Shown: positions 24,231 to 36,085 of the stretch, one piece after another | Position numbering within the stretch: the stretch's first letter is position 1 | Layout of the letters: every line of letters begins with the position of its first letter | From: Eledone cirrhosa | Taxonomy: Eukaryota | NCBI GenBank assembly: GCA_964016885.1 | Contig: OZ024746.1 | Coordinates: 96,100,001-96,164,000 of the forward strand | DNA: 64,000 bases | Direction: 5' to 3' | The notes under the pieces: generated by a model | What the model was told of the DNA's origin: nothing | Seen by the model: only the letters and a program-made list of their open reading frames with translations | Databases searched by the model: none | Position numbers and translations under genes: made by a program

Positions 24231-25182
24231 TTTATCCATTCTCTATTATAAAGTAGTGGGGTTGGCTTATATTCAAGTATATAGGGTAAGTTCACATAAA
24301 CACTAAAGTATGTGTAATTTAACCCTTTATCATTGACATTACTCTGTATATACTATTGTATTTTCACAGTAAAGGCTTTATCTCACATAATATAGAATCT
24401 GAGATTTTGTTGATATTATTATTTATTTTGAGAACAATAGCTTAATGTTAGTAGCAGCTTTGGCTAGTTTGAACAGAAAGAGGTGAGAGAATTCTGGCTG
24501 GATATGGCTGGTTTAAATGCTAAAGGGTTAAAAGACAAACAGCTGATAAAGAGAGCATTAAGTAAACTGTGAACCTAGTAAAGAGCACCAAATAAATAGA
24601 TGCCATTTTGTAGAATTATTTCTATAAAAATACAGAATTTTACACAAGTAAATGTAGAATTTTTTACATCAAAATTGAAAACATTTTGAAGTGATTCCTT
24701 CCAAGATATTATTACACCATTTTGAGGGACAGGCTTCAGAATTCCAGCACATTGAAGTGGTTACAGCAGTATCCTATATGTTGCAGTAGCTCTGTAAATA
24801 ATTAAAGAAAAATGGGTGCTACAGTGTGGGCCAAATCAACCTGAAAATATTCCCTGCTAGGTTTAATACGGCTTGGTATTATTTTATTGACCCCGTAAGG
24901 ATGAAAGGCAAAGTTAACCTCGGCAGGATTTGAACTCAGATCATAAAGGGCTGTAACTCTATGCTGCAAAGCATGGCGTCCGACCTTCTACGAATACTGC
25001 CAATCCACTGCCCTTTAATCAGTAATATAATTGTTTCTACTTTAGGCACAAGGCCAGCAATTACCCAGTACATTACTGGTACTTTATATTATCGACCCCC
25101 GTAAGGATGAAAGGCAAAGTTAACCTCGGCGATATAATAAAAGCCAATGTGTATTTGTCTGTCACACACTAGAGATGACTAA

Positions 25183-26760
25183 GAAAGGAAGGGGTGATGA
25201 CGTCGACTGAGGAAGGAAGGGTGATGACGTCGACTGAGGAAGGAAGGGGTGATGACGTCGACTGAGGAAGGAAGGGTGATGACGTCGACTGAGGAAGGAA
25301 GGAGTGATGACGTCGACTGAGGAAGGAAGGGGTGATGACGTCGACTGAGGAAGGAAGGGTGATGATGTCGACTGAGGAAGGAAGGGGTGATGACGTCGAC
25401 TGAGGAAGGAAGGGTGATGACGTCGACTGAGGAAGGAAGGGTGATGACGTCGACTGAGGAAGGAAGGGGTGATGACGTTCACTGAGGAAGGAAGGGGTGA
25501 TGACGTTCACTGAGGAAGGAAGGAGTGATGACGTTCACTGAGGAAGGAAGGAGTGATGACGTCGACTGAGGAAGGAAGGGGTGATGACGTCGACTGAGGA
25601 AGGAAGGGTGATGACGTCGACTGAGGAAGGAAGGGGTGATGACGTCGACTGAGGAAGGAAGGAGTGATGACATCGACTGAGGAAGGAAGGGGTGATGACG
25701 TTCACTGAGGAAGGAAGGGGTGATGACGTTCACTGAGGAAGGAAGGGGTGATGACGTCGATGAGGAAGGAAGGAGTGATGACGTTCACTGAGGAAGGAAG
25801 GGGTGATGACGTTCACTGAGGAAGGAAGGGGTGATGACGTCGACTGAGGAAGGAAGGGGTGATGACGTCGACTGAGGAAGGAAGGGGTGATGACGTCGAC
25901 TGAGGAAGGAAGGGGTGATGACGTCGACTGAGGAAGGAAGGGGTGATGACGTCGACTGAGGAAGGAAGGGGTGATGACGTCGACTGAGGAAGGAAGGGGT
26001 GATGACGTTCACTGAGGAAGGAAGGGGTGATGACGTCGACTGAGGAAGGAAGGAGTGATGACGTTCACTGAGGAAGGAAGGGGTGATGACGTTCACTGAG
26101 GAAGGAAGGGGTGATGACGTCGACTGAGGAAGGAAGGGGTGATGACGTCGACTGAGGAAGGAAGGAGTGATGACGTCGACTGAGGAAGGAAGGGGTGATG
26201 ACGTCGACTGAGGAAGGAAGGGGTGATGACGTCGACTGAGGAAGGAAGGGGTGATGGCGTCGACTGAGGAAGGAAGGAGTGATGGCGTTCACTGAGGAAG
26301 GAAGGGGTGATGACGTCGACTGAGGAAGGAAGGGGTGATGACGTCGACTGAGGAAGGAAGGGGTGATGACGTCGACTGAGGAAGGAAGGGGTGATGACGT
26401 CGACTGAGGAAGGAAGGGGTGATGACGTCGACTGAGGAAGGAAGGGGTGATGACGTTCACTGAGGAAAGAAGGGGTGATGACGTTCACTGAGGAAGGAAG
26501 GGGTGATGACGTTCACTGAGGAAGGAAGGGGTGATGACGTCGACTGAGGAAAGAAGGGGTGATGACGTCGACTGAGGAAAGAAGGAGTGATGACGTCGAC
26601 TGAGGAAGGAAGGGGTGATGACGTCGACTGAGGAAGGAAGGAGTGATGACGTCGACTGAGGAAGGAAGGGGTGATGACGTCGACTGAGGAAGGAAGGGGT
26701 GATGACGTTCACTGAGGAAGGAAGGGGGGATGACGTCGACTGAGGAAGGAAGGAGTGATA
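25183..26760. repeat. 28 bp minisatellite, ~56 copies
   Basis: Unit ACTGAGGAAGGAAGGGGTGATGACGTCG, with GTTC/GTCG and GGGG/GGAG/GGG variants. Confidence 0.97.
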
Positions 26761-26967
26761 ACAAAATACAGAAAGCTGCATTTAACATTCTGTATGTTGT
26801 ACACCTGTATGTGTATATGTATAGCGAATTGGCTACACACATTGGCTGATATGATTATGTGAGTGTGTGTGTGTGTATATGTGTGTTTGTGTAAATCATA
26901 TTTATATATAATATTTCTGTAAGTGTATATGTGTTTGTGTGTGTTTATTTAGAAATAATTATTACAT

Positions 26968-28672
26968 GCACAGTAACAGAAAGAGTTATAGCACAGTTGA
27001 TTAGGAACCAGGTGAAACTAGATGAGATGCAATTTGGGTGTGTGCCAGGAAGAGGCACCACTGATGCCCTCTTCCTTGTGAAGCAGTTACAGGAAAAGTA
27101 AGCTGCTCTACCTGGCATTCGTCAATCTTGAGAAAGCCTTTGACAGAGTTCCCCATGCTATAATCTGGTGGGCTCTTAGAAAACTAGGAGTAGATGAATG
27201 GCTTGTGAAAGCTGTACAAGCCATGTATAGGGGAGAAATCAGCAAAGTTAGGATTAGCAATGACTATAGTGAGGAATTTAGCATACAGGTCGGTGTCCAC
27301 CAGGGCTCTGTTCTTAGCCCCCTCCTGTTCATCATAGTCCTGCAGGCAATAACGGAGGAGTTTAAGACCGGATGCCCATGGGAACTCCTGTATGCAAATG
27401 ACCTCGCACTTATAGCTGAATCTATAGTAGAACTAGAAACTAGAGAAGAAATTCCAAACTTGGAAGCAGGGACTAGAAAGAAAGGGTCTCAAAGTCAACC
27501 TGACAAAGACTAAGGTCCTTGTAAGTAGATGAGAAAACGGAACCCAGATCCCCCCAGGGAAATGGCCTTGCTCGGTATGTAGGAAAGGTGTAGGTAGGAA
27601 TTCCATTCTCTGCCCCAAATGCAAACAATGGTTACACAAGAGATGTAGTGGGATCTCAGGAAGCTTAACTAAGAATGTAGGCTTCACATGTAACAGCTAT
27701 GCTGGGACAGCAAGCAGCAAACAGCCACAGGAAACAAGCACCACCAAACTCTGGGAGGGCTCTGTAGAAACAGTAGACAGCTTCTTCTACCGAGATGACC
27801 GAATTAGCAGTGGAGGTGGGTGTTCGGAAAGTACAATAACTAGAGTAAGAATGGGATGGAAGAAGTTCAGAGAGCTACTGCCACTGCTAGCCGCAAAAGG
27901 CTTTTCCCTCAAAATGAAAGGCAGACTGTATGATGCGTCTATCCGAACAGCAATGTTACATGGTAGTGAGTCCTGGGCACTGTTTGTAGAAGACTTGTGT
28001 AGGTTAGAAAGAAATGAAGCCTGCATGCTCCGATGGATGTGTAATAGTAATATACACGAACGGCAAAGCATAAACGAATTGAGAGAGAGACTGAGCATAA
28101 GAGGAATCAAATGCTGTGTGCAGGAGAGGCGGTTGTGTTGGTATGGACATGTGATGCGTATGAAGGATGACAGCTGCATAAAAAGGTGCAGAGCACTAGA
28201 AGTCGATGGAAACCGTGGAGTGGGGAGACTCAAGAAGACCTGGGATGAGGTGATAAAAGCCGACCTCACCCAATTACACCTCTCAAAGGTGATGACACAT
28301 GACCGTGACCTCTGGTGTCCCGCAGTAATACAAAAGACCCCCCCCCTCCCCACGGGTACAAGCCAAAGCTGAAGCATATAGACAATATGCCCCCTCAGCC
28401 TCCCACTGCAAAGTGGTTGAGGAGGTGCCACGGCAAAAAAAGCACCCACCCCACACTGTAAAGTGGATGTGTAGGCACCACAGAAAAAAAGCACCCACCA
28501 CTCACTGTAAATGAGGTTGGTGTTAGGAAGGGCATCCAGCTGTAGAAATCAAGCCAGAATCAGTGTCCGTATGAGCAAGACAAGGTCAGCCAACCGGACA
28601 CTGCCCACAACAGGACAACCCATCTAACCCATGCTAGCGTGGAAGAACGGACGTAAAACGGTGATGATGATG
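26968..28672 (+). mobile_element. RTE LINE, degenerate relative of family 1
   Basis: RT motifs GVHQGSVLSPLLF and YAND, the same Cys/His insert, stops and frameshifts. 3' UTR ends in (GAT)n. Confidence 0.92.
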
Positions 28673-29145
28673 TGATGCACACACATCTATGTGATGAGTG
28701 AGGAAGGAGGGGGTGAGAAACTATAGAAGTCCAGTGTTCTAAGATTCGTCACAGCTGTGTGTTTGTATTTGTATCACTTATGTGAGTGAGCATGAAGGTG
28801 CCAACCAGCATCTCTTTTTTTTATATTATGTATAGATATTACAATTAGCCATCATTTTTGATGGCACAGGGCCAGCTAGTGTAATATAATTGAAAAGACT
28901 CAAGAACATGACAATCTCCCTAGTGCTGGAGCCATGATAAAATACACCAAGTACTCTCTGTAAAGTGGTTGGTGATAGGAAGGACATCCACCCATAGAAA
29001 CCATACCAAAACCATGTGTAAGGTTCATCTGAAAGGTTCATAGGCTGAACAAGATACTCTCATGGATTGACCAAATGAGGTTTATTTTTCAACATATCCT
29101 TGGAAAAAAACAATGCAGTTATTAATAAGAAGACACACACACACA

Positions 29146-29907
29146 TGGATGTGTAATAGTAATATACACATGAATGGCAAAGCATAAATGAACTGAGGAA
29201 GAGACTAGGCATAAGAGGAATCAAATACTGTGTACATAAAGGAGATTACATTGGAATGGACATGTGATGCGTATGAAGGATGACAATTGCATAAAAAAAA
29301 GTGCAGAGCACTCAAAGTTAATGGAAGCCTTGGAGGGGAGAAACCTAGGAAGACATGTGATGAGGTGATAAAAGCTGTCCTTTCCCAATTGCACCTCTCA
29401 AAGGTGATGACACAGGACTGAAATCTTTGGCATTACGCAGTAATACAGAAGACCCAACTTCCCACCAGCACAGTATGCCCTCTGCCCCACCCTCCCACTG
29501 TAAAGTGGTTGTGTAGGTGTCACAACAAAAAGCACCCAGCCCACACTGTAAAGTGGTCATGTAAGTGTCACGACAAAAAGCACCCAGCCCACACTGTAAA
29601 GTGGTCATGTAGGTGTCACGACAAAAAGCACCCAGCCCACACTGTAAAGTGGTCATGTAGGTGTCACGACAAAAAGCACCCAGCCCATACTGTAAAGTGG
29701 TCATGTAGGTGTCACGACAAAAAGCACCCAGCCCACACTGTAAATGAATTGGCATTGGGAAGGGCATCCAGCTGTAGAAACCAAGCCAAAATCAGTTCTG
29801 TATGAGCAAAACATGGTCACCTGACTTAGCATTGCTCACAACAGGACAACCTGTCTAACCCATGTTAGCGTGGAAGAATGGATGTAAAACAGTGATGTTG
29901 ATGATGT
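29146..29907 (+). mobile_element. RTE 3' fragment with amplified 48 bp 3'UTR unit
   Basis: Decayed GHVMRMKDD region, then about 5 copies of GTCACGACAAAAAGCACCCAGCCCACACTGTAAAGTGGTCATGTAGGT, then the RTE tail. Confidence 0.88.
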
Positions 29908-30314
29908 TTATGTATATTTTCTGCAAGATTCTTGATGTGAAATTGTGTGTTGAAACTGATATTTGGGGATGGTATATTGCCAATATTGGCAATATATATG
30001 GTGTATGTGTTTCTTTCTAGTGGCAACATGACCATCTCCAAATATAGCTATATATATATATAGCATTGGCCTTGCAATCGAAAGGTGTGAGTTCAATTCT
30101 CAGACTGGGTGATGTGTTGTTTCCTTGAGCAAGAGACTTTATTTCACATTGCTCCAGTTTACTCAACTGTAGAAATGAGATGATAGGGACTGTGGTCCCT
30201 ACCATTCCACTGTAAAGTGGTTGTGGAGATGCCACGGCAAAAAAGCACCCAGCACTCACTGTAAATAAGGTTGATGTTAGGAAGGGCATCCAGCTGTAGA
30301 AATCAAGCCAGAAT

Positions 30315-30565
30315 CACATGGTACCATGGGCCCAGCACTATGTGTCAATAATTGTCACAAGTGTAGTGTTTGTACCAGAGTTTTCAAGTCGCTGGCTGGA
30401 CTAAAAAGCCACACTTGTTCAGCGCATCGGTAGGGGTTCTCCTACATGGATATAAAGTAGTGGCCGTACTCGAAAACGAGTTGGCAGCCACCATGTGTGT
30501 TTGTATGTATGTATGTATGTATGTATGTATGTATGTATGTATGTATGTATGTATATGTACGTATG

Positions 30566-30598
<33 letters not shown>

Positions 30599-31336
30599 GT
30601 ATATATATATATATATATATGTGTGTATGTATGTATGTGTATATGTGTGTATGTATGTATGTATATATGTGTATGTATGTATGTATGTATATTTATATAT
30701 ATGTGTGTATGTATGTATGTATATATATGTGTCAGGTCACTAGTTGGTGCTACTGGTAACATGTATCCCAGTACAACCTGTCCCATGGTCGGGTCGTTGG
30801 CGACTAAACTGGCAACCCCACCAAGGTTTCTTGGTGAGGAGGGTGACTTTGGACATCCTGCAGGACTAAAAACAAAACCTGTCAAAGAGCAAAGGAGCTC
30901 TTAAGAGTCAATGGCCATCCAAAATCACTGGGAGAGATGACCCCTTAGCCTTTGTCAAGGCAGAATTCTAGGAGAAGGAAAACTCTGATATAACACCTGC
31001 AACCCTGATGGTATCCAATGATGTTGACTTGTTCTTCTTTTTGGTAAATATCATCTTGGTTAAGAGAGTGGGACTGGCTTTGTGCAGTGCCTTTGCTCAC
31101 TATAAAAGCTTCACGGTACAGGCATTGCTTTATATCTGGAGATCTCTCTGCACTTGTCGTCACATGGTACCATGGGCCCAGCACTATGTGTCAATAATTG
31201 TCACAAGTGTAGTGTTTGTACCAGAGTTTTCAAGTTGCTGGCTGGACTAAAAAGTCACACTCGTTCAGCGCATCGGTAGGGGTTCTCCTACATGGATATA
31301 AAGTAGTGGCCGTACTCGAAAACGAGTTGGCAGCCA

Positions 31337-31339
<3 letters not shown>
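30315..31339 (+). mobile_element. Tandem bipartite RTE-derived elements separated by (ATGT)n
   Basis: ~178 bp direct repeats 30315-30494 and 31161-31339 encode [22 protein letters not shown] (C2H2 finger of a LINE C-terminus). 5'UTR-like part at 30731-31140. Confidence 0.7.
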
Positions 31340-31378
<39 letters not shown>

Positions 31379-31738
31379 ATGTGTGTGTGTATGTATGTAT
31401 ATATATATATATATATGTGTATGTATGTATGTATGTATATATATATATATATATATGTGTATGTATGTATGTATGTATGTATGTATATATATATGTATGT
31501 ATGTATGTATATATATATGTATGTATGTATGTATATATATATATATATATGTGTATGTATGTATGTATGTATATATATATATGTGTATGTATGTATGTAT
31601 GTATATATATATATGTGTATGTATGTATGTATGTATGTATGTATGTATATATATATATGTGTATGTATGTATGTATGTATATATATATATGTGTATGTAT
31701 GTATGTATGTATATATATATATGTGTATGTATGTATGT

Positions 31739-31772
<34 letters not shown>

Positions 31773-32693
31773 ATGTATGTATGTATGTATATATATATAT
31801 GTGTATGTATGTATGTATATATATATGTGTATGTATGTATGTATATATATATATATGTGTATGTATGTATGTATATATATATATATGTGTATGTATGTAT
31901 ATATATATATGTGTATGTATGTATGTATATATATATATGTGTATGTATGTATATATATATATGTGTATGTATGTATGTATATATATATATGTGTATGTAT
32001 GTATGTATATATATATATGTGTATGTATGTATGTATATATATATATATGTGTATGTATGTATGTATATATATATATATGTGTATGTATGTATGTATATAT
32101 ATATATGTGTATGTATGTATGTATATATATATATGTGTATGTATGTATGTATATATATATATGTGTATGTATGTATATATATATATGTGTATGTATGTAT
32201 ATATATGTGTGTGTATGTATGTATATATGTGTGTGTATGTATGTATATATATATATGTGTATGTATGTATGTATATATATATATGTGTATGTATGTATGT
32301 ATATATATATATGTGTATGTATGTATGTATATATATATATATGTATGTATGTATATATATATATGTGTATGTATGTATGTATATATATATATGTGTATGT
32401 ATGTATGTATATATATATGTGTATGTATGTATGTATATATATATATGTGTATGTATGTATGTATATATATATATGTGTATGTATGTATGTATATATATAT
32501 GTGTATGTATGTATGTATATATATATATGTGTATGTATGTATATATATATATGTGTATGTATGTATGTATGTATATGTGTATGTATGTATGTATGTATAT
32601 ATGTGTGTATGTATGTATGTATATATATATATGTGTATGTATGTATGTATATATATATATACGTGTGTATGTATATATACATGTGTATATATG
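31339..32693. repeat. 1.35 kb (TA)n/(ATGT)n compound microsatellite
   Basis: Directly visible. Confidence 0.97.
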
Positions 32694-34988
32694 TCATCAT
32701 CATCATCATCATCAACGTCCGTGTTCCACGCTTGCATGGGTTTGGAAGGGGGTTTTCCCACTTGAGGCAAGAGTGGTTGTCTTGCTCGCATAGGACTGTC
32801 TGGCGGGTTTTCTACAGTTGGATGCCCTTCCTAACACCAACCACATTTACAGTGTGGGTCTGGGAGGTTTTTACCGTGTTGCTTACACGGCCACATTTAC
32901 AGCGTGGACTGTGTGTTTTTTTGTCGTGACACCTACACGATCTCATTTGTTTCGGCCTGGATGTTGTGGCACCAACATAACTTTACATTGAAAGGGGCGG
33001 TGGGACAGGGGTGTGTTTTGATAGTGATGCCTACTGACTGTAGTAGGTTTTACTTTGTGTTTAGGTAAGGCGGGTCTTCTCTATTACTGAGTACCGCCAA
33101 AGGTCTCGGTCCAGTGACATTGTCTTGGAGAGGTGTAAGCGTGTGAGGTCGGAATTTATCATGTCGTTCCAGGTTTTTCTGGGTCTGCCTACTCCGTGGC
33201 TACCGTCTATCTTTATTTCCCTGCACTTTGTTATACAGCTGTCGTCTTTCATGCGCATCACGTGACCATACCAACGTAGCCTTCTCTCGAGTAAACAACA
33301 TCTGATCCCTCTTATTTCTAATTTTTTCCTTAGTTCGTTTATGCTTAGCCGTTCACGTATATTACTATTGCACATCCAGCGGAGCATGCAAGCTTCGTTC
33401 CTCTCTAGTCTGCGTATATCCTCTGCACACAATGCCCAGGTCTCACTGCCATGCAACATTGCTGTTCGTATGCAGGCATCATACAACCTGCCTTTCATTT
33501 TTAGGGAGAACCCTTTAGCGGCTAATAGTGGTAAAATGGAGTTTCTACCTACGCCTTTCCTACACACTGAGCATGGCCATTTCCCGGAAGGGACCGCCGC
33601 CTTATTTTCTTTCCTACAAACTAGAACTTTAGTCTTAGCCAGGTTAATTTTAAGGCCTTTTGATTCTAGGCCGTGCTTCCATGTTTGGAATTTCTTCTCT
33701 AGCTCGGTCATTGATTCAGCTATGAGCGTTAGATCATCTGCGTATAGGAGTTCCCATGGGCAGCCGGTCTTGAACTCCTCTGTTATAGCCTGAAGGGCAA
33801 TAATAAATAGTAGGGGTTAAGAACAGAGCCCTGATGGACACCAACTTTTACGCTAAACTCTTCACTATATTCGTTGTTAATTCTAACCTTGCTGACTGTT
33901 TCTTTATACATGGCTTGTATAGCTCTCACAAGCCATTCGTCAACACCTAGATTTCTAAGAGCCCACCAGATAATGGAACGGGGGACTCTGTCGAAGGCTT
34001 TCTCCAAGTCAACAAAAGCTAAGTATAGGGGTTTACTTTTAGCTAGGTACTTCTCCTGTAGTTGTCGTACAATGAAAAGAGCGTATGTGGTACTTTTGCC
34101 TGACACAAACCCGAACTGCATTTCATCTAGATCAATTCTCTCTCTGATTAGTTGCGCTATTACTTTTTCCGTGACCTTCATGACCTGGTCGATTAATTTA
34201 ATGCCTCTATAGTTACACCTATCTAGGGCATCTCCTTTACCCTTGTAACAGTTAATGATGATGCTGCTATGCCAGTCCTTTGGAACAACCCCATTTTGTA
34301 TGACTTGGTTTACTATCCGGGTGACCATGGTGTGTCCCACCGTTCCAGAGGCTTTCAGCATCTCAGCAACTATTTCCGAAGGCCCAGCCGCCTTACCCGT
34401 CTTCATATCTTTGATTGCCTTACTTATTATACTACCTTCGACTAACACTGCTGGTCCCTCTATTGGGTCGATGTGGGGGAGACTGTCTTTCTCCCATTTG
34501 TTCTCCTCATTTAGAAGACTTTCGTAGTGACACTTCCAAGCTACCTTCTTATCAGCGTCAGTGATGGCAAGTATGCCATCATCATTAAGTACACACTTCT
34601 CCCCGACAATATCACGGTTTTCCTTGACACATTGCCTAGCAATCCTGAACACCTCACGTTTTTGGTCCTCACGTTGTAGAACATGCTTGAACTTTCTTTC
34701 CTCTGCTTCCCTTCTTGCGAAGTACACTTGTCTCCTAGCTTCCCTCCTGGCCACTTGATAGTCTTCTCTACTTCCCCCATCCCGCCATACTTTCCAAGCC
34801 TGCTTTTCGGCCTTAATTGACTCCTCCACCTTACTGTTCCACCACCATGTTACTCTCCTCCTACCTACCTGCTCCAGCCACAGACTTCGTCTGCCGCCGT
34901 CAGCAGGTTTGCTTTCAGGAATTCCCACTGTTCCTCTATATTATACGACTCTAATTGCTCTTCCTTACTGTCGAAAGCATCAAGTAAT
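32694..34988 (-). mobile_element. RTE LINE family 1, 5'-truncated, with frameshifts and a 273 bp internal deletion
   Basis: ORFs 33783-34928 and 33061-33711 are nearly identical to the 7127-8683 protein. Coding similarity extends to about 34988 (LLDAFDSKEEQLESYNIEEQWEFLKANLLTAADEVCGW). Confidence 0.95.
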
Positions 34989-35001
34989 ATGCTTTGAAAT
35001 T

Positions 35002-35237
35002 TATATGTGTGTGTATGTATATATATATGTGTATATATATATGTGTGTGTGTGTATGTATATGTATATATATGTGTATATATGTATATCTATATATGTGT
35101 GTGTATGTGTATATATGTGTATATATGTATATCTATATATGTGTGTGTATGTGTATATATGTATATATATATATATATATGTGTGCGCGTATGTGTATAT
35201 ATGTATATATATATATATATGTGTGCGCGTATGTGTA

Positions 35238-35284
<47 letters not shown>

Positions 35285-35667
35285 ATATGTATATATATGT
35301 GTGTGTGTGTGTGTATATATATATGTGTGTATGTATATATATATATGTGTGTGTATGTGTGTGTATGTATATATATATATATATGTGTGTGTGTGTATGT
35401 GTATATATGTATATACATATATGTGTGTATGTGTTTATATATATGTGTGTGTGTATGTGTATATATATATGTGTATATATATATGTGTGTGTGTATGTGT
35501 ATATATATATGTGTGTGTGTATGTTTATATATATATGTGTATATATATATGTGTGTGTGTGTGTATGTATATATATATATATGTGTGTGTGTGTGTATGT
35601 ATATGTATGTATATATATATATGTGTGTGTGTGTATGTATATGTATATACATATTTATATGTATATG
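35002..35667. repeat. (TA)n/(TG)n compound microsatellite
   Basis: Directly visible. Ends about 170 bp before the myosin exon acceptor. Confidence 0.95.
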
Positions 35668-35959
35668 AAATTGATGTGATGAATAATTTCTTATTTTAAT
35701 TCTAATTTCTATTCACTGTTGCAACTTGTATTTTACATAACATTTATTTTTTTATTTGTTATTATTTCTGTTTAATTGTTCTGTTTCTAGCTTGGATCTA
35801 TTTGCTTCATTTAGTTTTCTCTTTTCTGTTTGTTTTTCAGATGTACGGAGAAGGTCAGTCCCTTCAGTTGTCTCTTCACTGCACAACCACAAGCAGCCAG
35901 TAAACACGTGATTAAACACCCTTACTTCTGTCGACCAGCATTTGCAAGTTTGCATCAAC

Positions 35960-36085
35960 ATGGAGAGTGAATTAACCAAGCGAGACCATGTAGGTTTGCA
36001 AGATTTTGTCCTACTGGAAAAATTTACTGACCCCGATGTTTTTATGCTCAATTTAAAGAAAAGGTTTAAGGAAAACCTTATCTAT
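35960..36085 (+). CDS. MYO1C: Unconventional myosin I (MYO1C/1H type), coding exon 1
   Basis: Translates [42 protein letters not shown], matching the MYO1C N-terminus [20 protein letters not shown]. Donor GTAAGT at 36086. In-frame TGA upstream at 35909. Acceptor (tttttcag) ends at 35840. Confidence 0.93.

Noticed and set aside
24660-24860. Unique-looking sequence with a minus-strand ttttcag acceptor
   Set aside because: All three frames hit stops within about 40 nt of the acceptor.
25183-26760. CTGAGGA in each 28 bp unit as a hammerhead core, or the array as CRISPR
   Set aside because: No stem II followed by GAAA and no stem III. Units are contiguous with no unique spacers, there are no cas genes, and the context is eukaryotic.
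35752-36051. 99 aa antisense ORF over myosin exon 1
   Set aside because: Shadow ORF of the real exon and its pyrimidine tract, with no independent support.
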